NCBI GenBank assembly: GCA_024413465.1
Contig: JAKSVU010000001.1
Span: forward strand, 159,820-223,819
Origin: Alphaproteobacteria bacterium
GTDB taxonomy: Bacteria > Pseudomonadota > Alphaproteobacteria > CAAGCB01 > CAG-977
Direction of reading: 5' to 3'
DNA: 64,000 nt
Part shown: positions 19,716-30,252 of the stretch, piece after piece
Position numbering within the stretch: position 1 is the first letter of the stretch
How the letters are laid out: each line of letters opens with the position of its first letter
Position numbers and translations under genes: made by a program
Notes under the pieces: model-generated
What the model was told of the DNA's origin: nothing
Seen by the model: only the letters and a program-made list of their open reading frames with translations
The model's database searches: none

Positions 19716-20111
19716 ATGACCTTTGAAGAACTTTATGAAAATTTTTCTTTTTTAGATGATTGGGAATCAAAATATAGTTATTTGATTGATTTAGGAAATA
19801 ATTTGCCCTCTTTTGCTGAAATTGATAAAAATGATGAAAATAAAATCGATGGTTGCATGAGTCAAGTTTGGTTAAAAATGGAAATCATTGATGACATCAT
19901 CAATTTTCACGGAGAAAGTGATGCTCATATTGTTCGAGGATTAATTGCCGTTTTACAGATAATGCTTTCAGGAAAAACAAAGAAAGAAATACTTGAAGCA
20001 GATATTCCTGACCTTTTTAAAAAATTAGGATTAGATGCTCATCTTAGTCCTTCAAGAAGAAATGGTTTTTTTTCTATGGTAGAACGTATAAAAAAAGAAG
20101 CTAAAAAATGA
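19716..20111 (+). CDS. sufE: Cysteine desulfuration (sulfur acceptor) protein SufE-like
   Basis: Conserved Cys context DGCMSQVWL. 131 aa. Confidence 0.7.
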   Translation: MTFEELYENFSFLDDWESKYSYLIDLGNNLPSFAEIDKNDENKIDGCMSQVWLKMEIIDDIINFHGESDAHIVRGLIAVLQIMLSGKTKKEILEADIPDLFKKLGLDAHLSPSRRNGFFSMVERIKKEAKK

Positions 20112-21937
20112 TTCAAAAAAAATACTTTGTATTATTACTCTTTTTTACCTTACTTTTAAATTCAATTGAAACTTTTTCCACTGAAATGGATGAAGAAGGA
20201 CTTGAGTGTAAAAGCAACGCTTCTTGTGAGATAGGGTGGCAATGTCGTCAGGTAAATCTTGATCAATGGAAATGTGTAAAATTATGTCAAAAACCAGAAG
20301 ATTCTGACGGGAATTTGTGCGATAAAATCCATCCGGAATGTTTTATTTCAGATGAAGGACATTCTTCCTATTGCGGATGTATTGAAGGTAGTTGTAACAC
20401 TGGTAGTATTTGCGTGGGGACAAAATGTATCCCCTGTCCAAAGGGACACACTCATGTAGATGGACAAAGTTGTAATTGTCCTCCTGGTACAGCATCTAAT
20501 GGTAAAGAAGGTTGTTTAGCATGCCAAAAAGGACAAAATTGTTCCTGTAAAAATAATTTTATCTCTAATGGTCAAGGTGATTGTGTCGAATGTAACACTG
20601 TCGAAGATTGTGGTGATTTTGGAAAAAAGTGTTTATTTCCAGGCCAATTGAATTCTCAATGTATTGATTTGGAATGTGAAAAAGGAGAATACATCGTTGG
20701 CAACCATTGTGAAAAGTGTCCTGATGGTTGTGAAACTTGCCAAGGAATCAATTTATGTAAATCATGTGCAGCCGGACATTATCTTGCTGGAGGGAAATGT
20801 ATCTCCTGTGCTAAAAAATTTGGTATAGGTTGTGGAAAATGTTCAATACAAAGTTCAAAATGTGAAGTATGTAAACTCGGATACATAAAAAATAAAAAGG
20901 ATTTTTGCGTACCAATAACATGTTTAAATGATGAATTTTTGAGTGGAGATATTTGCACAAAGTGTTCTAGATCTTTGAAAAACTGTTTATCTTGTTCAAA
21001 TGAAGAAGAATGTACAAAATGTACTTCTCCAAGAATGGTATTAAATTCAAATAAGAAATGTATTTGCCCTTTAGGTTGGAAATTTACAAAAAACAAGAAT
21101 GATTGCGAAAAAATTCCGTGTAAAAAAGGAGAATTTCACACCGGATCAGGATGTGCTCCATGTCCAGAGGAATGTACAGATTGTTCCTCAACAGAATTAT
21201 GTTATGCGTGTAATAACGAGAACGGTTTTATTCTTTCAGAAAATAAATGTACAAAAATTCAATGTAATTTCGGAGAATATCGCAATAAAATATCTTGTTT
21301 AAAATGTTCTGACAAAATAAATGATTGTATTTCTTGTTCAGAAGATGGAAATAAATGTTTAGAATGTAAAACTGGATTTCGTATAGAAAATGGAAAATGT
21401 CTTCCTATAATTTGTGAAAAAGATGAATTTCTTAAGGGAAATTCCTGCTTAAAATGTGCACAAAAATTTGAACATTGTGCTTCCTGCAATGAAGGGATGT
21501 GCTTGACTTGTGAAAAACTTCATGAATTAAAAAATGGAACATGTCAATACAAAAAATGTACCGGAAATACGTTTTTAAATAAAATTTCTGATTCTTGTGA
21601 AGAATGTCCTATCGGAACAAAATCAAATGGGAGTGATTGTGAAAAAATTATATGCCCACAAGGACAATACCTAGATGGAAATGATTGTAAAAAGTGTAAT
21701 GAATCCTGTTTAACTTGTTCAAATAAATCTTTTTGTGATACATGTCCCGAAGGGAAAGGTATCTATGATAAAGGTTTTTGCTCTAACAGGGAAATAGGAT
21801 ATTTTTATAAACAACACCATTATATTCCTTGCAATCAAAAAATCCCAGGATGCACAGAATGTACAAATGATGGATCTATTTGTTTGGATTGTGGAAGATA
21901 TAAAATGGATATTTTACAAAAATGCATTGTAAAATAA
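20108..21937 (+). CDS. Secreted cysteine-rich repeat protein (furin-like/EGF-like CxxC repeats, eukaryotic surface-antigen-like)
   Basis: Signal peptide MIQKKYFVLLLFFTLLLNSIETFS. More than 90 Cys arranged as reiterated C-x2-C-x(5-12)-C-x2-C units with a ~35-40-aa period. The ATG overlaps the sufE stop (ATGA). Confidence 0.6.
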   Translation: MIQKKYFVLLLFFTLLLNSIETFSTEMDEEGLECKSNASCEIGWQCRQVNLDQWKCVKLCQKPEDSDGNLCDKIHPECFISDEGHSSYCGCIEGSCNTGSICVGTKCIPCPKGHTHVDGQSCNCPPGTASNGKEGCLACQKGQNCSCKNNFISNGQGDCVECNTVEDCGDFGKKCLFPGQLNSQCIDLECEKGEYIVGNHCEKCPDGCETCQGINLCKSCAAGHYLAGGKCISCAKKFGIGCGKCSIQSSKCEVCKLGYIKNKKDFCVPITCLNDEFLSGDICTKCSRSLKNCLSCSNEEECTKCTSPRMVLNSNKKCICPLGWKFTKNKNDCEKIPCKKGEFHTGSGCAPCPEECTDCSSTELCYACNNENGFILSENKCTKIQCNFGEYRNKISCLKCSDKINDCISCSEDGNKCLECKTGFRIENGKCLPIICEKDEFLKGNSCLKCAQKFEHCASCNEGMCLTCEKLHELKNGTCQYKKCTGNTFLNKISDSCEECPIGTKSNGSDCEKIICPQGQYLDGNDCKKCNESCLTCSNKSFCDTCPEGKGIYDKGFCSNREIGYFYKQHHYIPCNQKIPGCTECTNDGSICLDCGRYKMDILQKCIVK

Positions 21938-21939
21938 TC

Positions 21940-22392
21940 TTAAGCTAAACTTTCTCTAAGTTTCTGAATCTCGTTTGTTGCCAGTTGATCACACTTTTCA
22001 TTTTCTGGGTGTCCTGCATGTCCTTTTATCCAATACCAGTGAATAGTGTGAACTTTACTGAATCTATAAATTTCTTGCCACAAACCACTATTTTTGACTG
22101 AATGAGATTTAGAAATTCTCCATGAATTTTTAGCCCACTTATACATCCATTCACTAGCCCCTTTCACGACATATTGGCTATCTGATGTTAAATCTATTTC
22201 ACATGGTTCTTTTAATAAACTTAAAGCAGAAACAACAGCTTGTAATTCCATTTCGTTATTTGTTGTTAAATTTTTTGATCCACTAATCTCTTTTGTATGA
22301 GAATTATAAATCAGCAGAGCTCCCCACCCCCCCATACCAGGATTACCACTACAAGCCCCATCTGTATAAATTTTTATTTTTTTCATTAACAA
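21940..22392 (-). CDS. rnhA: Ribonuclease HI
   Basis: KIYTDGACSGNPGMGGWGALL plus the catalytic D/E/D/H pattern. 150 aa. Confidence 0.85.
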   Translation of the reverse strand: MLMKKIKIYTDGACSGNPGMGGWGALLIYNSHTKEISGSKNLTTNNEMELQAVVSALSLLKEPCEIDLTSDSQYVVKGASEWMYKWAKNSWRISKSHSVKNSGLWQEIYRFSKVHTIHWYWIKGHAGHPENEKCDQLATNEIQKLRESLA

Positions 22393-22451
22393 AATCCAAA
22401 ATAATTTTCTTTCTTGCTTTTATCATCAAGTAAATTAAAATCAATACAAAT

Positions 22452-23345
22452 ATGAAAGGATTAAAAATGCATATATCTTTTTTTACCTGTGGTGGAATAT
22501 TTTGGTGGATTGATAAATTTTGTTGGAATGGTTGGAGAATTCAACAAAATATGTGGACTAGGCGTCACAGACTTTTAGATCCTTATCAAATATGCAGAAA
22601 ATGGGGATCTTTTGAAAAATGTTATGATGCTTTAAATCTGTATAAAATGGATTGGGAAATCCCAATACCGCATAATAAAGCTGTAGTTTTTCTTCACGGT
22701 TTATATCAACCTCCTTGGATTTTTTCAAAAATTGCTTTCAGAATGAAAAAGAATTTTGAGCCAATTTTTTTTAGCACCCCTCTACTAAGATTTGACATAG
22801 AAAAAAATGCTCAGATTTTAAATGAATACTTAGATAAAAGAGATAGCATTGAACAATTTAATTTTATTGCTACTGGAATTGGAGCTTTATTACTTCGGAC
22901 TGCCTATTCAAAAAATCCACGATGGGCAAAAAAAATGGGACGCTGTGTCTTTTTATCAGTTGCAAACAAAGGGTACTCTTATTTAAGAGGTAAAGAAAAT
23001 AAATTTTGGTTCAAACTTTTATTTTCAAAAATAGGAAAATACCTTTTACCATCATATATGGAAAACCTTTTACCTTTTACAGCCGATTACTCTATTATTT
23101 ATGGTGGAAAAGAAAATGATACTGGATTTTTCTCATTTTTAAAATCTGATAATGATGGATTTTTGCGTGTATGTGATGCTCTTGATGATAATGCAAAAGA
23201 AAGTTTTTGCGCAATAAACAGACATCATTTTAAACTTTTTCATGACAATCAAATAAAAGATTTAATTTTTAATTTTATTTCCACTGGACACTTTGGAAAA
23301 GGACAGCGACTGAAAAAAGATTCTGCACAAATTTGGAATATTTAA
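22452..23345 (+). CDS. Hypothetical protein with alpha/beta-hydrolase-like motifs
   Basis: VVFLHGL (HG oxyanion-type motif), and ATGIGALL at the position where a GxSxG nucleophile elbow is expected, but with no Ser. Function unknown. Confidence 0.35.
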   Translation: MKGLKMHISFFTCGGIFWWIDKFCWNGWRIQQNMWTRRHRLLDPYQICRKWGSFEKCYDALNLYKMDWEIPIPHNKAVVFLHGLYQPPWIFSKIAFRMKKNFEPIFFSTPLLRFDIEKNAQILNEYLDKRDSIEQFNFIATGIGALLLRTAYSKNPRWAKKMGRCVFLSVANKGYSYLRGKENKFWFKLLFSKIGKYLLPSYMENLLPFTADYSIIYGGKENDTGFFSFLKSDNDGFLRVCDALDDNAKESFCAINRHHFKLFHDNQIKDLIFNFISTGHFGKGQRLKKDSAQIWNI

Positions 23346-23740
23346 TATATCGGTTTATCATAAACACCAATTAAAACATCTGTTTTATTAGGACTTGGTT
23401 CATAATAACATGTTGATGTTGCCAATGATCGATAACAATAGACCTTTCTAACATTATACCTGGAATGTTCTGCTTCGAAAAGTTCAAATTCAGTCATGCA
23501 ATATTTCCCTTCTCCTGATAATTTTCTTTCTATAGAACAATTTTTTCCTGTAATTATTGAACTTACATGATCTCCAACAAACTTATCTGTCGCTGCATAT
23601 GAAACCACCTCAGCCGCACCAAAGGCTGTCAATGGTGCAAGATTCCACGGCATAGATTCTACAGGAGTTGTCAACCAACATCCTTGTAGGAAAAGAACAA
23701 AAAACAATGTACCTAAAATTTTCATTATAAAAAAATCCAA
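23342..23740 (-). CDS. Putative lipoprotein, function unknown
   Basis: Signal peptide with lipobox LFLQGC. 132 aa. Stop codon overlaps convergently with the previous gene. Confidence 0.4.
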   Translation of the reverse strand: MDFFIMKILGTLFFVLFLQGCWLTTPVESMPWNLAPLTAFGAAEVVSYAATDKFVGDHVSSIITGKNCSIERKLSGEGKYCMTEFELFEAEHSRYNVRKVYCYRSLATSTCYYEPSPNKTDVLIGVYDKPIY

Positions 23741-23869
23741 ATACCCTTCGAGTTGTATATATTAAATCAAAAAAAAAATCATCTATTTTTTAGAAATCTC
23801 TTGTTTTTGTCTTATTTTAATTATAGCTTACTAAAAAAATGTAAAAAAAACATCTATGGAGATATTTAA

Positions 23870-24577
23870 GTGAAAAAAGAACAAATAAATCAATCTGAAA
23901 TGACAACAGATTCCCCTTTACAAGCTGAAATATTACGCGAAGTAACTGAAGAAATAAAAGAAGAACAGTTGAAAAAAATCTTCAAAAAATTTTCACCAAT
24001 TTTTATTTCATTAGCTTTGTTAGCTCTTTTAACAACTGCTGGAATAGAGTATTCAAAATATTATCACAAACAGAAATCCTTAAAAGAAGCTTCTCAACTT
24101 TACACTGCAATTGAAATGATGCAACAGGGGAAAAGAGAGATTTCTACAAACCTATTAAATGCGTTAGCTCAAAAAGGAGATGTTGGTTATAAATCTTTGG
24201 CTTTAATGTATTCGATACAAAATTTGATACAACAGGGAAAAAATGATGAGGCTATTCAAGAATTTGACAATTTGTCATCAAACTCTTCAATTCCTGAAGC
24301 ATTAAAAAATTACGCTACAATCGAGAAAACATATCTTCTTTTAGAGAAAAATGAGGCTGATTACGATCAACTAAAGAATAATATTGAGCATCTTACAAAA
24401 GACAATAATGTTTGGTCTGCAGATGCACTAGAACTATATGCTCTTATTTCATTACGTCAAAATGATTATGTCACAGCTCAAAGATATTTTGAAAAAATTT
24501 TAACCTTAACAAAGGTTTCCGAATCAAAAAGAATGAGAGCTTCTGAATTTTTAGCTAGTATCAAAGAAAAACTTTAA
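23870..24577 (+). CDS. yfgM: YfgM-like membrane-anchored TPR protein (ancillary SecYEG/Bam-associated)
   Basis: Single N-terminal TM then a TPR-like helical domain. Its position immediately upstream of bamB-der is the conserved yfgM locus. Confidence 0.55.
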   Translation: MKKEQINQSEMTTDSPLQAEILREVTEEIKEEQLKKIFKKFSPIFISLALLALLTTAGIEYSKYYHKQKSLKEASQLYTAIEMMQQGKREISTNLLNALAQKGDVGYKSLALMYSIQNLIQQGKNDEAIQEFDNLSSNSSIPEALKNYATIEKTYLLLEKNEADYDQLKNNIEHLTKDNNVWSADALELYALISLRQNDYVTAQRYFEKILTLTKVSESKRMRASEFLASIKEKL

Positions 24578-24590
24578 ATAGACTATTTTT

Positions 24591-25910
24591 ATGAATAAAT
24601 ACGCATTTTTATTTTGTTTTATTTTGCTTTCTTGTTCTGCTGAACAGACTACTGTTTCTGGAATTCGAAAATCAGTCCTTAATCATGACGCTACATTAAT
24701 TGCAGATGTGGAATTAAAAGAGAAAATACTCCCGCCCAAACCTGAAAAAGTTACACGTTGGAATCAAAATGGTGGTTTTTCTCATCATGTTATGCAAAAT
24801 CCTAATTTACCAGCAATAATAACACCAATTTGGAAAACAAGAATTGGTGAAGGAATTGATAAAAAGAGCTTTACGAATGCTGATCCTGTTGGACTAGATG
24901 ATAAAATATATGTAATTGATGCAAAAGGAAAAGTTTCATCTTTATATGCTAAGAATGGAAAAGGATGGTGGAGTAAGAAGGTTATTGATGATCATACTGC
25001 TGAAAAACTTAGTATTGTATCTTCCGGACTTGCCATTGACAATGGAATATTATTTGTAACTTTAGGAACAGGTGAAGTAGTAGCTCTCAATTCTCAAAAT
25101 GGTAATGAAATTTGGAGAACAAATGTTGGATCTCCTGTTCGTTCAGCTCCAACTGTTTACGGGGGACGGTTATTTATTTTAACTGCTGACAATAATTTAA
25201 AGGCTCTTTCTCAGCAAACTGGTGAAGAATTATGGAAACTACCTTCATTTATTAATAACATTTCAATTTTAGGAAAAGCTTCTCCTGCTATTGATAATGG
25301 TATCGGTATTTCTGTTTTTTCATCTGGTGATATTATTGCTTTTAGACCTGATACAGGTAGTATTCTCTGGACATCTTCCTTAGTTTTGAATAAATTTAAT
25401 CCAACATCTAATGAAATAACTGATATAAAAGCTCGTCCTATTATTTGGAAAAACAGAGCTTATGCGATTTCTGTTGCAGGAAAACTTGTCTGCTTAGATA
25501 TGGAAAAAGATGGTGAAGAAAATTGGCATTTAGAAATAGCTGGCGTTCATCAACCTTGGCTTGCTGGTGATGTACTATACGTTTTAACTTTAAATTCCGA
25601 ACTTATAGCAATAAATGCTGAGAAAGGAAACATTTTGTGGATTAACGAACTTGAAAAATTCAATGATCCTGTAGAAAAAAAAGAGCCTATATTTTGGAAT
25701 GGACCGATTATGGCTGGCAGCCGATTATTTTTAACAAATTCAAATGGGAAAATATTTAGTTTTAACATTCAAACTGGCGAGTTGTTTGGTAAAATTGATT
25801 TAAATACAAAATTTGGAACACTCTCCCCCATAGTTTTGAATGACATTCTTTATGTTCAAACTCTTGATGGATATTTAATTGCTTTTTCAGATTTAAGTGA
25901 GAAAAAATGA
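24591..25910 (+). CDS. bamB: Outer membrane protein assembly factor BamB (PQQ-repeat beta-propeller lipoprotein)
   Basis: Lipobox LLSCS, repeated PQQ-like blades, conserved position upstream of der. Its stop overlaps the der start. Confidence 0.8.
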   Translation: MNKYAFLFCFILLSCSAEQTTVSGIRKSVLNHDATLIADVELKEKILPPKPEKVTRWNQNGGFSHHVMQNPNLPAIITPIWKTRIGEGIDKKSFTNADPVGLDDKIYVIDAKGKVSSLYAKNGKGWWSKKVIDDHTAEKLSIVSSGLAIDNGILFVTLGTGEVVALNSQNGNEIWRTNVGSPVRSAPTVYGGRLFILTADNNLKALSQQTGEELWKLPSFINNISILGKASPAIDNGIGISVFSSGDIIAFRPDTGSILWTSSLVLNKFNPTSNEITDIKARPIIWKNRAYAISVAGKLVCLDMEKDGEENWHLEIAGVHQPWLAGDVLYVLTLNSELIAINAEKGNILWINELEKFNDPVEKKEPIFWNGPIMAGSRLFLTNSNGKIFSFNIQTGELFGKIDLNTKFGTLSPIVLNDILYVQTLDGYLIAFSDLSEKK

Positions 25911-27262
25911 CAGCTACTATTACGATAGTCGGAAGAACAAATGTTGGAAAATCAACACTTTTTAATCGATTAACAGGGAAAAAAAGAGCATTAGTAAATG
26001 ATAGACCTGGTGTCACTCGAGATCGACGTGAGGGAGATGCTACTTTATACACATACCCTTTTAAATTAATTGATACTGCTGGATTAGAGCAAAATGATGC
26101 TTTGCAAGATTTAATGTGGAAACAAACAGAAAAAGCAATTCAACAAGCCGATGTTATTCTGTTTTTGGTTGATGTTCGTACCGGAATAACTCCATTAGAT
26201 AAAGAAGCTGGTAAAAAACTTAGAAAAGCAAATAAAACTGTTATCTTAGTTGCAAACAAGTCAGAAGGTTTTCTAGAACCTCCTCAGGAACTATATGCTT
26301 TAGGTTTTGGAACTCCAGTTCTAATTTCTGCAGAACATGGTCTTGGTATGGGAGACTTATTTGAAGTTTTAAAAGAATATATTGTTCCTGAAGAAACAGA
26401 TAAATCTGATGAAAAAAAAGAAGTTGTATTCTCGGATGAATTAATTGATATAGCAATTGTTGGCAGACCTAATGTTGGAAAATCAACATTAATAAATAGA
26501 ATTATTGGTGAAAACCGTTTATTGGCAGGTCCAATGGCCGGTCTAACACGAGATGCAATATCCATCAATTGGGAATACCACGGAAAAAAAATACGACTAA
26601 CTGACACTGCTGGTTTACGTCGTCATGCTAAAATTACAGACGATTTAGAGAAATTGTCTGCAGCTGATACAAGAAGATCAATTTTACTTTCTCATGTTGT
26701 TGTATTGCTATTAGATGCCGATGGAATATTGGATAAACAGGATTTAACAATAGCTAGACAAGTCATTGAAGAAGGACGGGCTTTAATTATTGCAGTTAAT
26801 AAATGGGATATAGTTTCAAATAAAAAAGAACGAATTTCATTACTTAATGAAAGAATTGAATCTTCATTAACACAAATAAAAGATATAAAAACCCTTACTA
26901 TTTCTGCGAGAACTGGTGAAGGTTTAGATTTGTTGATGAAAGCAATTTTAGATATTTATGCAATTTGGAACACTCGAATTTCAACAGGAAAATTGAATCG
27001 TTGGCTTGCTGAAATGATTGCAACAAATCCCCCCCCACTTTCTGCAACAAAAAGGCCAATACCTTTGAAATATATTACACAAATAAAAACAAGACCTCCA
27101 ACGTTTGCTTTATTTTCGAGTAATCCGGAAAAATTACCTGAATCTTATTTAAGATACTTAATCAAGGGATTATCTTCCTACCTAAAAATAGGAAGTGTTC
27201 CTATCCGAATCTTGATGAAAAAAGCTAACAATCCATATGAAAATAAAAAAAAGAGAAGATAA
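25907..27262 (+). CDS. der: Ribosome-biogenesis GTPase Der (EngA), double GTPase domain
   Basis: Two G1 motifs, GRTNVGKSTLFN and GRPNVGKSTLIN, plus a KH-like C-terminus. Confidence 0.9.
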   Translation: MTATITIVGRTNVGKSTLFNRLTGKKRALVNDRPGVTRDRREGDATLYTYPFKLIDTAGLEQNDALQDLMWKQTEKAIQQADVILFLVDVRTGITPLDKEAGKKLRKANKTVILVANKSEGFLEPPQELYALGFGTPVLISAEHGLGMGDLFEVLKEYIVPEETDKSDEKKEVVFSDELIDIAIVGRPNVGKSTLINRIIGENRLLAGPMAGLTRDAISINWEYHGKKIRLTDTAGLRRHAKITDDLEKLSAADTRRSILLSHVVVLLLDADGILDKQDLTIARQVIEEGRALIIAVNKWDIVSNKKERISLLNERIESSLTQIKDIKTLTISARTGEGLDLLMKAILDIYAIWNTRISTGKLNRWLAEMIATNPPPLSATKRPIPLKYITQIKTRPPTFALFSSNPEKLPESYLRYLIKGLSSYLKIGSVPIRILMKKANNPYENKKKRR

Positions 27263-27283
27263 ACTTATCTTCTCTTTTCTTTT
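27250..27283. terminator. Bidirectional terminator between der and ruvB
   Basis: agagaagat-aaac-ttatcttctct followed by a T-rich run. Confidence 0.45.
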
Positions 27284-28304
27284 ACTCATCAAAAAGTGTC
27301 TTTTCTTTTTTATTTTCTAACAAATTCAAATGACTATATGCTAAATTGGTTAATTTTCTTCCTTGTGGAGTTCTTTGTATAAAACCTTTTTGTAACAAAT
27401 AAGGTTCAACAACATACTCTATAGTATCTTTTTCTTCTCCTAATGCCGCAGCTAATGTACTGACACCAACAGGACCTCCATTATAGGATTTAGAAATACA
27501 ATTTAAATATCTTTGATCTATTGCATCCAAACCTGCATTATCTATATCTAATTGAGATAAAGCTTCATCTGCAACAAGTTTATCAATTTCATCTACTCCC
27601 GAATACAAAGCAAAATCACGAACTCTTTTCAAAAGTCTTCCTGCAATTCTTGGTGTGCCTCTAGATCTTTTAGCTATTTCAAAAGAACCTTCTGATGAAA
27701 TTTTTATCTCTAATACTTTAGCCCCTCTTTCAATTATTTTTTGCAAATCATTTGGCTCATAAAAATCCAACTTAGCTTGAATACCAAAACGATCGATTAA
27801 CGGTTTTGTTAATAAGCCCGTCCTTGTTGTTGCCCCAACAAGTGTAAATGGTGGTAAATCGATACGAACAGATCTAGCAGCAGGACCTTCTCCTATGATT
27901 AAATCTAACTGAAAATCTTCCATAGCCGAATATAAAACTTCTTCAATAGCAGGATTTAAGCGATGAATTTCATCAATAAATAACACATCATTTTTTTCTA
28001 GATTTGTTAGAATTGCAGCTAAATCTCCTGCTTTTGAAATCATAGGTGCAGAAGTTGCTCTGAAGCCAACATTTAATTCATGAGATACAATTTGTGCTAA
28101 CGTTGTTTTTCCAAGGCCTGGAGGTCCAGAAAAAAGAACATGATCCAAAACATCACCACGTAGTAATGCCGCTTTTATAGAAATTTTTAAATTCTCACAT
28201 ACTTTTTTTTGCCCAGTAAAATCATCTAAAGTTTGTGGCCTCAATTTTACGAGGTCATCATCACTTTCTCGTCTTTCAGAATCTATTAAACGATCTTCTG
28301 TCAT
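27282..28304 (-). CDS. ruvB: Holliday junction branch-migration ATPase RuvB
   Basis: [11 protein letters not shown] Walker A, plus AAA+ blocks and the RuvB C-terminal domain. Confidence 0.95.
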   Translation of the reverse strand: MTEDRLIDSERRESDDDLVKLRPQTLDDFTGQKKVCENLKISIKAALLRGDVLDHVLFSGPPGLGKTTLAQIVSHELNVGFRATSAPMISKAGDLAAILTNLEKNDVLFIDEIHRLNPAIEEVLYSAMEDFQLDLIIGEGPAARSVRIDLPPFTLVGATTRTGLLTKPLIDRFGIQAKLDFYEPNDLQKIIERGAKVLEIKISSEGSFEIAKRSRGTPRIAGRLLKRVRDFALYSGVDEIDKLVADEALSQLDIDNAGLDAIDQRYLNCISKSYNGGPVGVSTLAAALGEEKDTIEYVVEPYLLQKGFIQRTPQGRKLTNLAYSHLNLLENKKEKTLFDE

Positions 28305-28900
28305 TTAGATAATTCCCTTAAAGCCTCTCTCACAATTTTATCAAACGTCAAATCCTCAGATGAATTTTTAATAATTTTTGAAACAACCACCGAAGCATCC
28401 ATTTTTGCATATCCTAAATTAATTAAGGCAGAAATGGCATCATTTGATACTGAATTACTACAAAAACTACACTCTGTACTTGCATTTTCAATAGGAACAC
28501 TTCCAACTTTATCTTTTAATTCTGTAATAATTCTTAAAGCAGTTTTTGCTCCAATACCATTCGCTTTTGAAATAGTTTTACTATCACTACAAGCAATTGC
28601 CATTGATAAATCTTGCTGTGAAAAGGTCGATAACAGGGAAAAAGCTCCTTTTGATCCAACACCTTGAACACTTGTTAATAACAAAAAAAATTCTTTTTCT
28701 GCAGAATCTATAAAACCAAACAATTTTATAGAGTCCTCCCTCACCTGCATTTCTGTATGTAATGTAGCCACTTTTCCAATTGGAGGAAGTTTTGATAAAG
28801 TTGTATTTGAACAGAATAATCGATATCCAACGCCTTGAACATCTAGTATAACAAAACCATTTCCAATAAAATCAATTAGTCCTTTTAATTTTGCAATCAT
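28301..28900 (-). CDS. ruvA: Holliday junction DNA-binding protein RuvA
   Basis: [26 protein letters not shown], the RuvA N-terminal OB fold. 4-nt overlaps with ruvB and ruvC. Confidence 0.85.
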   Translation of the reverse strand: MIAKLKGLIDFIGNGFVILDVQGVGYRLFCSNTTLSKLPPIGKVATLHTEMQVREDSIKLFGFIDSAEKEFFLLLTSVQGVGSKGAFSLLSTFSQQDLSMAIACSDSKTISKANGIGAKTALRIITELKDKVGSVPIENASTECSFCSNSVSNDAISALINLGYAKMDASVVVSKIIKNSSEDLTFDKIVREALRELSK

Positions 28901-29418
28901 TTTGACATCATTTCTGTAATTTTATTCATACGAAAATTTGTTGTTCTCATATACGAATGACAGATTGCCATTGCTAAAGCATCTGATGCATCTGCCTTTA
29001 ATCTACCAACAGTAGGAACTAACGCATGAACCATCATATCTACCTGTTTTTTTTCAGCATGTCCAACACCGACAACTGCTTTTTTTATTTGATTTGGCGT
29101 ATATGTTGACACCTTTACATTTTTTATAGTCGGAACCAACAACACAATTCCTCTAGCTTGCCCTAATTTTAAAGTAGATTGGGGATTTTTATTTACAAAA
29201 ACCTCTTCGATAGCAGCTTCATCTGGATGATACTGATCCATTATTTGAATCAAGCCCTGATAAAGTTCAAGCAATCTCTCTTCTAGTTTCAAACTATCCG
29301 TTGAACTTATAACCCCGGCGGCTACAAAGCTAAACTTATAATTTTGACAATCCAAAACAGCCCAACCTGTATGCCTTAATCCGGGGTCAAGACCTATAAT
29401 TCTCACATTACTAGGCAC
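28897..29418 (-). CDS. ruvC: Holliday junction resolvase RuvC
   Basis: IIGLDPGLRHTGWAVL, the RNase H-like N-terminus with catalytic Asp. Confidence 0.85.
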   Translation of the reverse strand: MPSNVRIIGLDPGLRHTGWAVLDCQNYKFSFVAAGVISSTDSLKLEERLLELYQGLIQIMDQYHPDEAAIEEVFVNKNPQSTLKLGQARGIVLLVPTIKNVKVSTYTPNQIKKAVVGVGHAEKKQVDMMVHALVPTVGRLKADASDALAMAICHSYMRTTNFRMNKITEMMSK

Positions 29419-29425
29419 TTTATTG

Positions 29426-30175
29426 TTATTCTTCTATTTTTTCCATAATCTCATCAGAAACAGATACATTCGTTGCGACACGTTGAATATCTTCTTCATC
29501 ATTCAACATTTCAACAAAATCAAAAAATTTTTTAGCAACATCAACATCTGTAATTTCTGTTTCAACCAGTGGTTTCCAATCAAAACGGCAAACTGTTGGT
29601 GTATCAAATTTTGCTTCTAATGCTTCACGTACCGCACCCAAATCATCTGGAACGCATATAATTCTATGATTTGTCTCATCAGATTCTACATCATCTGCCC
29701 CAGCTTCTAATGCTGCTTCAAACATAGCATCTGCTTCTGCAACACTCGATGGATACTCAATCAAGCCAATTTTTTGGAAATTAAAAGCAACTGAGCCTGT
29801 TTCACCCATAACACAACCGGCTTTTCCAAAAATCGAACGTACGATTGGAGCCGTTCTTTTAGGATTATCCGTTAAAGCTTCTACAATGACAGCAACATTT
29901 CCTGGTCCAAATCCTTCATAACGAATTTCTGAATAATTTGTATCATCGCCAGCTTCTGCTTTTTCGATAGCACGTTTAATATTATCCTTTGGCATATTTT
30001 CAGCTCTCGCAGCTGCTATCGCTGCTCTTAATCTAGGATTATAAGCAGGATCTGGCAAACCACTTTTTGCTGCAACTGTAATTTCACGACCTAATTTTGA
30101 AAAGGTACGTGCTCTCACTTTATCTTGAGCACCTTTACGATGCATAATATTTTTAAATTGTGAATGTCCTGACAT
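29426..30175 (-). CDS. yebC: YebC/PmpR-family transcriptional regulator
   Basis: MSGHSQFKNIMHRKGAQDKVRARTFSKLGREITVAAK matches the E. coli YebC N-terminus nearly collinearly. Confidence 0.85.
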   Translation of the reverse strand: MSGHSQFKNIMHRKGAQDKVRARTFSKLGREITVAAKSGLPDPAYNPRLRAAIAAARAENMPKDNIKRAIEKAEAGDDTNYSEIRYEGFGPGNVAVIVEALTDNPKRTAPIVRSIFGKAGCVMGETGSVAFNFQKIGLIEYPSSVAEADAMFEAALEAGADDVESDETNHRIICVPDDLGAVREALEAKFDTPTVCRFDWKPLVETEITDVDVAKKFFDFVEMLNDEEDIQRVATNVSVSDEIMEKIEE

Positions 30176-30252
30176 CTAATTTTCCTTAAAAAATTTAATT
30201 AAATACAAAGTCGTTTTTTTTTATCATTTATTTCTGAATCATACAATCAAAA

